Origin: Negativicutes bacterium
Lineage (GTDB): Bacteria; Bacillota; Negativicutes; JAAYSF01
Direction: 5' to 3'
NCBI GenBank assembly: GCA_028707635.1
Contig: JAQWAQ010000001.1
Location: 51,336 to 115,335, forward strand
Length of the DNA: 64,000 nucleotides
The notes under the pieces were generated by a model that saw only the letters and a list, made by a program, of their open reading frames with translations, was not told the DNA's origin and did not search any database. Shown here piece after piece: positions 40,007 through 49,410 of the stretch; within the stretch, counting starts at the first letter, position 1, and each line of letters opens with the position of its first letter. A program made the position numbers and the translations under genes.

Positions 40007-42073
40007 TCATTTGGTTATGGTGATCCAATACGTTTCCTTAGTAATACCTTCGTACTGTATTTCAATCAATTTCCTTCCGGCGCTGGTAAACGGAATCGGA
40101 CGGCCTTGCTTTAGTTCAACAAACTTCACGCCATCCGTCGAATAACGAAAAGTGAGTTTATCGGTGATATTTGTTGATTTGTCGTCAACACGATTAAGCC
40201 CGAGTGTATTATAAACCGCTTTCATCCCGGTGATGTCAAAGTTCTCGCCAATCTTGAATGTGGTCTTTGGAGGAAATGCCTCTATTCTGAAGCCTACCAG
40301 CAAACGAGGCTTAGCCAGTTCATCCTTTTTGCTCACAGGGGGCTTTACGACCGTCTGACTTGCGGAATCGCCAGTCACGGTAATAAAGTATCTCGCCACA
40401 AGCGTTAAACGGCCATTGCCAATGTCTCCTTTTATTTCAATTAACTTTATTCCGGCGGTCTGGAACGGACGGCCTTGGGTCAACTTAACGCCATCTGAGG
40501 TGTAAAAACCATAATCCAAGAGTTCCGTTATTTTCCCTCCGTCATTATCATCCTTATATACCAGCTTAAACCCGGTGCTGTCAAAGCCCTCGCCGACCCT
40601 ATAGGTGGTTTTCGTGGGGTATGACACTAGATTCCTTCCGTGCCTGAGCATGGTTGCCACGGTCGGCGTGTGGGAATTTACGCCACGCACCATATAGAAG
40701 TTGAACTCGGCATTGTGCGGATAATCGGGGGCGCTGTTTTCTCTCCATTTATTTTCACTGTACCAGGTAATGATGTGTGTACCGTCCTTACTGCTTCGGC
40801 CCGCAGCATTCAGGTACTGGTCATGAAAGTCGGGAACTTTTATCGTAGCTGTCTTCGCGAGGTCGTTCATTCGGCTAGTAATCCACCACAGAAACTCTGC
40901 GTTCCGGGTAATCAGGCGGCTGCGGTTTGACGGAAGTCCTTCGATAGCGAGATATTTGCCTCCCTCTGTTTGAATCGTAAACAGCTTCATGGGTATAGTA
41001 AATGAAGCATTTTTCGGGTCGACTGCCGGGACGGTTTTCTTGTAGGTGACTTTGAATTTCTGCATTCTTGTGTTGGAAAGCTCTCCCTTGCCGTCTGCGC
41101 CGATGACAACGTGGGGCTGATTGGGATATTTCCCGAGCGATACATCCATAACAAAAACACCTGGGTCCATCAAGGTGGCTCCTTGCCGAGTCCCGCGCAC
41201 CAGCCAATACTGCTCATCAGTCCAGCATTTGTTAGCGTCGCACAGGATTCTCGCCTGTTCCATGGTGATTTTCGCACCTGCGCTCGTGTCGCCGCCGACG
41301 GCAAACTCCTGGATGTCGGCCTCAGAGAGTGCCCCGAGGTTGCCGTCGTATAAATATTTATTGCTATAGGCTGAGAGCTTGAGGAGGGCTTCCGTAAACT
41401 CTTCATAGGTCACGCTCGCCGCCGCATTGAAATTCCCTCCGCTAGGGATGACGCCCATACTGGCAAGAAAATTTGCAGCCGCGCCGATATTCACGCCGCC
41501 AATCTTTTGGTTAAACTTTATGTCAGTGAAGTGCTCTGCTTTGTAAAAAGGCATATCGCCTTCAAATGGCGCACCGCCGTTCCGAAAGAGCAAGAAGAGC
41601 ATTTCTGCCATGTCCGCACGGGTGATGGGCTTTGTCCAGTCGTTTGCCGCATTCGGCCACACGTCCTTCGTGCCGATATAGCCATTGTAGTATGACAGCC
41701 GCTCTTTTGCCCAAGCGGAACACACGATGTCCGGCTGGCTCACCTTTGACAGTTTTGCCTGATAAACATAGCAGTCGCGGCCGCCGTATTTCACCTTTAA
41801 CCATGTCCCGTCACTGGCGGTCGCCGCCAGCACCGTCCCCCAGGGGATTTCACCCTGAACGGGACCGCCCGGGGACAGGCGATACGGTACATTCCAGTTG
41901 TTCCATATATCGGGGATGGTAACACTCGGGTGTGACTGCGGATCGCGTTGATTGACCTTGTACAGCGTCACTCCCGCTATTGGCGTCATGCTGCCAGCCG
42001 CCAGTGCCGCCGGCGGCAGCAGGGTCAGTACCAGGCACAGGGTTAGCAGGCTGCTTATCAGTCGCTTTTTCAT
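40007..42073 (-). CDS. Secreted SLH-domain surface protein with two C-terminal ~90-aa tandem repeat domains
   Basis: Signal peptide MKKRLISSLLTLCLVLTLLPPAALA. Two SLH-like segments (..ITRADMAEMLFLLF.. and HFTDIK..VTYEEFTEALLKL) precede a large domain. A duplicated C-terminal module contains TTFKIGENFDITGMKAVYN and TTYRVGEGFDSTGFKLVYK. The gene is GC-rich. Confidence 0.7.
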   Translation of the reverse strand: MKKRLISSLLTLCLVLTLLPPAALAAGSMTPIAGVTLYKVNQRDPQSHPSVTIPDIWNNWNVPYRLSPGGPVQGEIPWGTVLAATASDGTWLKVKYGGRDCYVYQAKLSKVSQPDIVCSAWAKERLSYYNGYIGTKDVWPNAANDWTKPITRADMAEMLFLLFRNGGAPFEGDMPFYKAEHFTDIKFNQKIGGVNIGAAANFLASMGVIPSGGNFNAAASVTYEEFTEALLKLSAYSNKYLYDGNLGALSEADIQEFAVGGDTSAGAKITMEQARILCDANKCWTDEQYWLVRGTRQGATLMDPGVFVMDVSLGKYPNQPHVVIGADGKGELSNTRMQKFKVTYKKTVPAVDPKNASFTIPMKLFTIQTEGGKYLAIEGLPSNRSRLITRNAEFLWWITSRMNDLAKTATIKVPDFHDQYLNAAGRSSKDGTHIITWYSENKWRENSAPDYPHNAEFNFYMVRGVNSHTPTVATMLRHGRNLVSYPTKTTYRVGEGFDSTGFKLVYKDDNDGGKITELLDYGFYTSDGVKLTQGRPFQTAGIKLIEIKGDIGNGRLTLVARYFITVTGDSASQTVVKPPVSKKDELAKPRLLVGFRIEAFPPKTTFKIGENFDITGMKAVYNTLGLNRVDDKSTNITDKLTFRYSTDGVKFVELKQGRPIPFTSAGRKLIEIQYEGITKETYWITITK

Positions 42074-42100
42074 GGCTTTGTTCCTCCCATAAGTAGATGG

Positions 42101-42204
42101 CAATACTGCAATTCATAGATACATTAATTATAGTTTAATCTTGCGACTGCTCATTCCATATGTGGAAAATTGCAGGTTTTTTGGTGAAATTGGAGAAATA
42201 CGAC
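42101..42204 (-). promoter_or_regulatory. Conserved promoter module, copy A, upstream of the SLH gene: a TATAAT -10 box plus two 9-bp direct repeats (CAATTTCAC / CAATTTTCC) with 20-bp phasing
   Basis: About 85% identical over ~100 nt to 46706..46805. In transcript orientation the repeats lie at 42184-42192 and 42164-42172. TATAAT lies at 42126-42131. Confidence 0.6.
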
Positions 42205-42498
42205 GATGGCGCACAAGCAAAATGTACGTCCCATTGCTTCTCTAAAAGCAAACCCTTGCCTCGGCATGAGATACCGGGGCAAGGGTTCGTGTTTGTTCCT
42301 GCCGGGTTTAGCGCCACTGCGTTTCTACCGGCTGCGATGTCAGCAGGACTTTCAGACAGTACCGCCGTCCCTGCGAACAAAACTCCGCTCTTTTTGCAAT
42401 TGCTTTGGAGCGGAGTTTTGTTTTGCTGATTCAATTTTACAACAGTTTGCTATGAATGTGGTAGTGTCTTATAACCCGGTTTTTAATTAGCTTTTTTA

Positions 42499-42753
42499 TT
42501 ACTTAAACTTGTTATACGCTACAGTACTGTTTGTAGAGCCCATATTTACGACTTGATCAAAATCAGAGCGGTAAGCTCCGTTAAGCTTGCCGATAATTGT
42601 GTAAGTACTATTTGGTGCTAAACCGCTAAATATCATTTGACTGCCTGTCCTACTGCTGGCAGTTATTTCAAAGCCTGCTGAATCTCGAAGGTATAACACT
42701 ACACTAGCTGCAGCTGGATCGTAGTTCGAATTTACTGTAAGGGTTACCCGCGT
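42499..42753 (-). pseudogene. Probable out-of-frame C-terminal extension of the giant adhesin (frameshift near 42.74 kb)
   Basis: The 66-aa ORF directly downstream, in another frame, encodes a beta-rich domain-like sequence (..FEITASSRTGSQMIFSGLAPNSTYTIIGKLNGAYRSD..). Its frame is open upstream into the adhesin's 3' end (..VTLTVNSNYDPAAASVV..). Confidence 0.4.
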
Positions 42754-45700
42754 TTATGGATCTAGTGGTGTTAGCTTTATTTCAACAAGGGTATATGGAT
42801 CATATGTGCCGGCTCCGGGGGCAATCGTTGCCGTTACGGTATTACTGGCATAGCCAGTCATGCTCGCTGTAAAGGTCACTTCGCCGGACGGAACAGATTC
42901 AAATCTAGCATAGCCGTACACGTTCGTGGTTTTTGAAGTTCCACCCTCCAGAGTTACCGTAGCGCCTTGGAGAGTATTGGTGCCGCTTTTGACTGTGACC
43001 TGGGCTTTACCTGGTAACCTATCCAGAACAATCACCTGCTCATTAGTGCCTTCATTGACTGTCACCCCCTGCATCATGCCTTGGTAACCATCTTTGAGTG
43101 CGGTATAGAAGTAGCTTTGTGTCGATACGTTAGTCGGCACTTTCGTTAATGTAAACTTACCATCTGCGCCTGAATACCCTAATACTTTCTTAGGATTAGA
43201 GTAACTTTCGCTAATTTCTGCTCCGCTGATCGGCTGACCCTTGCTGTCTTTAACTATCAAAGTTAAATCGCCGACCTTGTGAACGATAGTCAGATTAACG
43301 GAGTTGTTCTCCTCTGATATAGAAATAGTCTTACTGTCATCGTTATAGTTGTTACACGTTGTGGTAAAAGTATAGTCTCCGGCGGGCACACTAAAGGATA
43401 CATTCCCATAGCTGTCAGTTGTTTTAGTTTGGTCAACGCCATTACCTGTAACGCGCACGCTTGCACCCCACACATTTTTCTCAGCGTCGTCTTTGACATT
43501 AACTTGAGCAGTAATTATTTTATTGATCGTCAAAGAAATGTTGCCAGTGATACTTCTGGAGATTGTCACGCTTTGGGACTTACTTTCATAACCGGTGCAA
43601 GTTATATCAAAGGTATAGTTACCGACAGGGAGGTTTGTAAAAGAAACTTTACCGTCAGCGCCGCTATTTTTATCAATCTTACTGCCGTTTACAGTTACAG
43701 AGATTTTAGCTCCGGGAACCGGCCCTGAGCCGCTAGTCACTATAAAGTCCACGCTGCCCATTGCCGGCAAAGTTATTGTCGTGCTCGCCGGAGTATCGGC
43801 TGCAATTGTTACGACAGCAGTCTTACTGTCATAGCCTGATGTGGCGGTAAAGGTGTACTGACCGGTGGGGATGGAGGTAAATGTTGCTTCCCCTTGTGCA
43901 TTAGTTGTTTCTGTTTTTACTTGACCATTCACTGTCACGCTGACAGTTATGCCGCTAATGGGGTTATCGCCGTCCGTGACCGTAATCTTCGCGCCGCCGG
44001 TCTGGCGGGTTAAGGCGATGCTTGAGGTCGCTGTGGCTCCGTTTGCTATGACTACGTCACTTGCTGTACCGCTGACGTAATCCGCCTTAGTGGCTGTGAA
44101 GGTATATGTGCCGGTCGGGATGTTTGCAAAGATCACCTCGCCGTTAGCGGCGGTAGTCGCCGTTTGCTCCTGACCGTTTAGCGTCACTTTGACAGTGACT
44201 CCGCTAAGCGGTGCTGTGCCATCAGTAACCGTGATCTTTGCATTACCTGTCTGGCGTGCTAGGGCTATGGCTGCAGTCGCTGTTGTTCCGTTTGCTATGA
44301 CTACATCGCTTGCTGTACCGCTGCCGTAATCCGCCTTAGTGGCTGTGAAGGTATATGTCCCTGTCGGTATGTTCGCAAAGGTCGCCTCACCGTTAGCGAC
44401 GGTAGTTGCCGTTTGCTCTTGGCCGTTTACAGTCACTTTGACAGCGACTCCGCTAAGCGGTGCTGTGCCGTCAGTAACCGTGATCTTTGCTCCGCCGGTC
44501 TGGCGAGTTAAGGTCACATCGGCAGTAGCTATTGAGCCGCCGGTTATGGTTGTGCTTATTGTGTTGCTGTTATAATCTGCCTTCGTTGCTATAAAGGTGT
44601 AGGTTCCTACTGGCAGATTCGTAAATGCCGCCACACCGTAATCATCGGTAACAGCCGTCTGGGGTTGGCCGTTTACCGTCACGCTGACGGCTGCTCCGCT
44701 AAGCGGTGCATTAGAATCATCTTTAACAGTAATGTTTGCTCCGCCGCCCTGTGGTGTCAGAGCAATCGCCGCAGCTACCGTCTCTTTGTCGGCAACAGCT
44801 GTATTTACACTTTTGCCGCTGTAGTTGGCAGCGCTGGCAGCTACTGTATAGGTTGAACCGGCTGTCAGACCGCTAAAAACGGCTGTGCCGTCGCTGCCGG
44901 TGGTTTTTGTATCAATAACATTGGAACCGCTTTTCAGCTCGACTGCAGCGCCGTTTATGACTGCTTTACTGACTGCGTCGATAATCATTGCCACAATGTT
45001 GCCTCCGCTGGCTGGTAATACGACGGTAGAATTGCTTGTCGAGCCGTCTGCTACGCTTACCGCCAAGCTTTTCATCTCTTTGCCGCTATAGGCAACCGTG
45101 AATTTGTAGTTCCCCGGCGGTAAATTCGGGAATGTGGCTATACCGCTTGCATTGGTAACTGCCGTCACTTTGAAACCGGCAGCCGCATAGGCTGTCTTAA
45201 CTCCGAGAATTCGGTCAAAGAGACTCTTGTCGGCCGCACCATACAGCCCGTCTGCAGTTTCGGCGGTAACTGTCGCGCCGCCAACATCTGCCCCGGCTTC
45301 ATCCAGTACATGGATAAACGCTTTGCCGCCAAGAATGGCTAAAGCAATAGGAGGAACGGTTGTAGTTTGGTCTTTTTGTACAATCACCGCCGAGCTAGTG
45401 CTGCTAATGCTGAAATAGGAGGCGCGTACTGTATAATCTCCTGCATCCAGGCCGCTTAACACCGCTATGCCATTTGCGTCGGTTATCGCTACCGCGCCGA
45501 CCGGACTACCGTTTTGATATGCTTGCACTTGCGCGTCTTGCAGTGCTGCACCGCTGCCATTGGTTACTGTTACGCTTAAGCTGCCGGTGTAAGCGACAAA
45601 TTTAGTAAAGGTTTCGGTTTTGATATCATTTTCCCGTTGCACCTTTTGCAAGATCTTATGACTGATATCATTCGACCGCTCTTGGGGATTGCCGCCATGC

Positions 45701-46632
45701 AAGGCCGGCCCTGCCGTATCGGCCAGTTGATAAAGGACTTTGCCGTAGAGACTTCCGCTGCTCAGGTTAGAATTGGTATAGCCCATTTCCATGGATAGCC
45801 TGGGGGTAAGCTGCATTTTACTGCGCAGTCTGTAGCCGTTTTCATCTTCTTTGTGCTTGTTGTCATAGTGAAATCCTGAGGCATAAAGGCTGAACCAGGG
45901 AACATTCGCTAGCGATGTGCCCACTTCATAATCAAAACCGCTCACCGCCCGAATGTAGGAATACAATATTCCATCGGCAAGGGCGGTTCTGCCAGTTTGC
46001 CTATCGCCTGAAGTCGGGATGTAGAAGTTGGCCCGGTATTCCGCTTGCTTGTTGAAATATTCTGCGCCGACTCCAACGCGGGAAAGGTCGTGCTGGAAGG
46101 CATAGTCATAAAAAGCATTGACCCCGGTGATGCTGGTTTTATCTTCAGACAGCCATCTTAATCCCATGCCAAGATTTGCTGTGCTGTTTGCCCCGCTTTG
46201 ATAAGCGTAGCGTCCTTGCCAGAAGCCAAGCTTACCGTCTGTAACTTCCTTTGTAAAAGGTTGAAGGGTCTCAAGCGAGTATATCGGCTTGAAATCCTCG
46301 GTAAACGTAAGATTGATATCAGTCGTCCGCAGCCATTCTGGCCCTTGCTGCTTGCCATTTTGCGCGTAATAAGGGATAAGTTGATTGATAAATTGGACAA
46401 CTTTCTCCTTTGTTGATAAAGTAGCCGTGTCAGCATTCTGCTTGTTTTGGAACTGATCTTCTACCTGTTTATCTAGTGTAATTTCCGGTAGTTCGCTAGT
46501 TTGCTCGCTAGTATTTGCGCTGGCGGCTGCGTACACCGGGACTAGCGCCACCGTATTGGACATAAGCAACAGTGCCGTCAGAAAACAGGCCAACAGCTTG
46601 TTCAGTCGTTTAAAAATGTTAAACAAAGCCAA
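42754..46632 (-). CDS. Giant inverse autotransporter (intimin/invasin-type N-terminal beta-barrel) with a passenger of tandem CarboxypepD_reg-like repeats
   Basis: The N-terminal barrel motifs NAFYDYAFQHDLSRVGVGAEYFNKQAEYRANFYIPTSG match the intimin/invasin barrel pattern. Many ~88-aa Ig/CarboxypepD_reg-like repeats follow (ITVTDGTAPLSGV.VKVT.NGQEQTATT.ANGE..FANIPTGTYTFTATKADY). The start is the TTG at 46632 or 46626. Confidence 0.8.
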   Translation of the reverse strand: MALFNIFKRLNKLLACFLTALLLMSNTVALVPVYAAASANTSEQTSELPEITLDKQVEDQFQNKQNADTATLSTKEKVVQFINQLIPYYAQNGKQQGPEWLRTTDINLTFTEDFKPIYSLETLQPFTKEVTDGKLGFWQGRYAYQSGANSTANLGMGLRWLSEDKTSITGVNAFYDYAFQHDLSRVGVGAEYFNKQAEYRANFYIPTSGDRQTGRTALADGILYSYIRAVSGFDYEVGTSLANVPWFSLYASGFHYDNKHKEDENGYRLRSKMQLTPRLSMEMGYTNSNLSSGSLYGKVLYQLADTAGPALHGGNPQERSNDISHKILQKVQRENDIKTETFTKFVAYTGSLSVTVTNGSGAALQDAQVQAYQNGSPVGAVAITDANGIAVLSGLDAGDYTVRASYFSISSTSSAVIVQKDQTTTVPPIALAILGGKAFIHVLDEAGADVGGATVTAETADGLYGAADKSLFDRILGVKTAYAAAGFKVTAVTNASGIATFPNLPPGNYKFTVAYSGKEMKSLAVSVADGSTSNSTVVLPASGGNIVAMIIDAVSKAVINGAAVELKSGSNVIDTKTTGSDGTAVFSGLTAGSTYTVAASAANYSGKSVNTAVADKETVAAAIALTPQGGGANITVKDDSNAPLSGAAVSVTVNGQPQTAVTDDYGVAAFTNLPVGTYTFIATKADYNSNTISTTITGGSIATADVTLTRQTGGAKITVTDGTAPLSGVAVKVTVNGQEQTATTVANGEATFANIPTGTYTFTATKADYGSGTASDVVIANGTTATAAIALARQTGNAKITVTDGTAPLSGVTVKVTLNGQEQTATTAANGEVIFANIPTGTYTFTATKADYVSGTASDVVIANGATATSSIALTRQTGGAKITVTDGDNPISGITVSVTVNGQVKTETTNAQGEATFTSIPTGQYTFTATSGYDSKTAVVTIAADTPASTTITLPAMGSVDFIVTSGSGPVPGAKISVTVNGSKIDKNSGADGKVSFTNLPVGNYTFDITCTGYESKSQSVTISRSITGNISLTINKIITAQVNVKDDAEKNVWGASVRVTGNGVDQTKTTDSYGNVSFSVPAGDYTFTTTCNNYNDDSKTISISEENNSVNLTIVHKVGDLTLIVKDSKGQPISGAEISESYSNPKKVLGYSGADGKFTLTKVPTNVSTQSYFYTALKDGYQGMMQGVTVNEGTNEQVIVLDRLPGKAQVTVKSGTNTLQGATVTLEGGTSKTTNVYGYARFESVPSGEVTFTASMTGYASNTVTATIAPGAGTYDPYTLVEIKLTPLDP
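43975..44770. repeat. About three near-identical 264-bp tandem repeats inside the giant adhesin gene
   Basis: The repeats are visible at nucleotide level, e.g. ccgtttgctatgactac...gtaaccgtgatctttgc recurs. They encode the 88-aa domain copies. Confidence 0.85.
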
Positions 46633-46705
46633 TCCTCCTCACTTTCTTTAAATGAAACTGCATTTTTATTGATACATCACAAAACCCCTCTACAAACTTT
46701 AAGTA

Positions 46706-46805
46706 TTGCAATCCATAGTTAAATTAATTATAGCTAAATCTTGCAGCTATTAATTCCATATAAGGAAAGTTGCAGGTTTTTGGGTGAAATTGGCGAAATA
46801 AGAGA
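46706..46805 (-). promoter_or_regulatory. Conserved promoter module, copy B, upstream of the giant adhesin gene
   Basis: Repeats GTGAAATTG (46784-46792) and GGAAAGTTG (46764-46772) on the + strand, TATAAT at 46728-46733, and the same 20-bp phasing as copy A. Confidence 0.6.
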
Positions 46806-46854
46806 AAGAAAAAAGCCATGCATGACGCATGGCAACTAATTGTGATTATATATA

Positions 46855-47577
46855 CTATTGACTATTTAGAAGAGCATAGAAGGCTTCCTTCACTTTATCT
46901 CTATTTGTTCGACTAATTGGTATCACTGTTCCGTCAGTTAATACAAACTTGTCATTTTCATATTTCTCGATGTAGAGGAAATTGACCAGATAGCTTTTGT
47001 GTGACCGGATAAAAGTGTTTAACTGCTGCATTTGTTCGAATTCGTCCAGTTTAGCATAAACAGTTATTTTCTCCGCTATCTTCGCTAGGACAATATTAAC
47101 TTTATTATTTTCACTTTCTAAGTACAGGATATCTTTTGTCGGTATTTTTTGAGTTACACCACGGTAAGTGATACAAATACTTGCTTTATCTGCACTTTCG
47201 ATCTGCGCTATTGCCCTTTCCATAACCTTGGCTAACTGATCTAGCTTTATCGGTTTTACCAGATAACCCGTTGCGTTGACTTCGTATCCTTCATAAACGT
47301 AATCTGTTGAACTTGTCAGAAATATAATGTTAACTAATTTGTCCTGTTTACGGATTATCCGTGCACATGTCATTCCATTCATGTCACCCATAATAATATC
47401 CAGAAATATGATATCAAAACATACGGTTTTACTCTCGATAACTGAGTTTAATTTATAAGGGTTATCGTAAGTAAAGATAGTAGCATTGACACCCTGCTTG
47501 CATAAATATCTCTCAATTGTTTCATATAGCTTTATTCTGTCAGCAACATTATCGTCACAAATCGCTATGATTATCAT
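46855..47577 (-). CDS. LytTR-family response regulator (AgrA/ComE-like)
   Basis: The REC domain (IIIAICDDN...DIIFLDIIMGDMNGM) is followed by a C-terminal LytTR domain (..ICITYRGVTQKIPTKDILYLESENNKVNIVL...FIRSHKSYLVN). The start ATG at 47577 is preceded by GAGGTGG. Confidence 0.9.
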   Translation of the reverse strand: MIIIAICDDNVADRIKLYETIERYLCKQGVNATIFTYDNPYKLNSVIESKTVCFDIIFLDIIMGDMNGMTCARIIRKQDKLVNIIFLTSSTDYVYEGYEVNATGYLVKPIKLDQLAKVMERAIAQIESADKASICITYRGVTQKIPTKDILYLESENNKVNIVLAKIAEKITVYAKLDEFEQMQQLNTFIRSHKSYLVNFLYIEKYENDKFVLTDGTVIPISRTNRDKVKEAFYALLNSQ

Positions 47578-47756
47578 TGGTTGCCACCTCGTAACCAGAT
47601 TCACCTAAGGCGTGGGATATAAAGGCTCTGTCAAACCTTGTATCTGTAGGAAAGTTGTAAACAGCGTGAAACGCGACATAAATAATAATTCTGCAATATT
47701 ATATGTAATCCTTTTTAGTTGGCTTGATTTAATGTTGCAGCAGTAGGAGGGTTATT

Positions 47757-49049
47757 TTGCAAGAAAGTATAGTGTTTATAAGCAGAGGTATGTTTTTAAT
47801 AACAAATATTTTGCTGCTATATATATTCTTAACGCCAAAGCGGCCTTTCTGGTTTCAAATTACTGCCTTATCTGTTACCTGGATCGCTATTTACTTTTTG
47901 CGCGACATTTTGCAATCAATTATCCCTGATCCCTTTTTAGTTGGCTACCTAGTGGGCTCATTGTATATAATCCCTTGCGCACTGATTTTTAAAGAAACAA
48001 TTAATGCTAAGCTTTTTGTCTTTTTTATGATTTTTTCACTTTCCCAGTTTACTTTTCTTATTTTTTTATTTCTAGAGCAATTAGTATTTAACCATCTTGT
48101 AGGCAGTTTGATTTTGGCAGGTCTACTGCTTGAAGCTGCATCACTGCCTTTAATAAAGAAATATGTGTCACCCCATGTCAGCAATATTATTGCGATTATC
48201 GATCAGCGAAATTTCGCTTTTACCTGTTTTCCCCTTTTGTCATTTGTACTGCTGGCGTTTTATGGGGTGCAAAGAACATATTTGCTATCCAACTTCATTC
48301 CACTAGTAGTAAGTACCTTATTGATTCTTTTTACCTATTACCTGATTGCCACAGCAATCTATCAGACAATGCGTAACCAGCAAGCAGAAAAACAACTGGC
48401 CTTGCAACGCGAACATTATCGCAGCCTAAACGATAGTATTAACGCAATGAAAACAATGCGCCATGACTTGCGTCATCATCTTGTGACGTGCTTAGAGTTT
48501 TTAGTGAAAAAGAATTCGGCTGCAGCAGAAAATTATCTGGGTCAGCTTTGCAATCACTATGACGATATTGCTATCCCTAAAGTTTGTTCTAACCAATTTG
48601 CTGATGCTCTTATTTGCCATTACCTAAAGGTGGCGAAGGAGCAAGGTGTTAATATAAATACAAACTTGCATTTGCCTGACGATTTAGGTATTGATGATCA
48701 AGACCTGTGCGTTATTCTTGGCAATTGCTTGGAAAACGCTATTGAAGCCTGCAGTAAAATACCTAAAAATCAGTTGCGTTATATTGATATTAAAACCACC
48801 ATAACTAAGAATCATCTAGTAATTAAAATTGCTAATTCTTTTTGTGGTTCCGCCATCCGTCAAGGCGACAGTTTTGTATCCTCAAAAAACGGTGATAGTC
48901 ACGGAATGGGGCTTTCCAGTGTAAAAGCGCTAACTTCCAAATACCACGGTTATTGCTCTATCAATTGTGAACAACAAGTATTCAAAGTTGCTGTCTCTTT
49001 GAAACTTCCGGAAACAGTTGCCGAGTCACAATCATTAAGTATTTCTTGA
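47757..49049 (+). CDS. HPK10-type (AgrC/ComD-like) sensor histidine kinase with a 6-TM N-terminal domain
   Basis: The polytopic N-terminus is followed by H-box MRHDLRHHL. The C-terminal GHKL ATPase carries the N-box NCLENAIEA and the G-box GMGLSSV. It is divergent from the LytTR regulator. Confidence 0.85.
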   Translation: MQESIVFISRGMFLITNILLLYIFLTPKRPFWFQITALSVTWIAIYFLRDILQSIIPDPFLVGYLVGSLYIIPCALIFKETINAKLFVFFMIFSLSQFTFLIFLFLEQLVFNHLVGSLILAGLLLEAASLPLIKKYVSPHVSNIIAIIDQRNFAFTCFPLLSFVLLAFYGVQRTYLLSNFIPLVVSTLLILFTYYLIATAIYQTMRNQQAEKQLALQREHYRSLNDSINAMKTMRHDLRHHLVTCLEFLVKKNSAAAENYLGQLCNHYDDIAIPKVCSNQFADALICHYLKVAKEQGVNINTNLHLPDDLGIDDQDLCVILGNCLENAIEACSKIPKNQLRYIDIKTTITKNHLVIKIANSFCGSAIRQGDSFVSSKNGDSHGMGLSSVKALTSKYHGYCSINCEQQVFKVAVSLKLPETVAESQSLSIS

Positions 49050-49410
49050 ATTTAGTTTACCCAACTTTATATTTCGTTTGGTCCGGTTCATTTATAAGTT
49101 CATAACGACTTACAGCCTTATCAAAGGTAGGAACTACTGTTAGTGTTTGTTTAAGGATTCACAGGGACGGTTCTTCCGATTCTAATCGTCCTATTAAGCT
49201 TCACAAATAATGAATTTACCGTAGAAATACCAAGTTCCTGCAAATTGGTATAACCTTCTGCCGGAACCTTGACTATTTTTGTAGTTGTCACGGGAAGTTG
49301 TCCCCTTGACAGCTTTTCCTATTTAGGGGTAATTTAGGAGGACAAGATCGTAAAAGGTTGAATTATATATAATACATTATTACATTGGAACACACACAGG
49401 GAGGGTATTT

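Noticed and set aside
40640-42116. Numerous 60-110-aa ORFs on both strands
   Set aside because: They are nested in the GC-rich SLH-protein gene. High GC inflates the lengths of random ORFs.
43290-46436. Several small ORFs inside the giant adhesin gene and the regular 264-bp periodicity, considered as a possible CRISPR or satellite
   Set aside because: The periodicity equals an 88-aa protein domain and is in frame within a continuous 1292-aa ORF. There are no short unique spacers and no cas genes.
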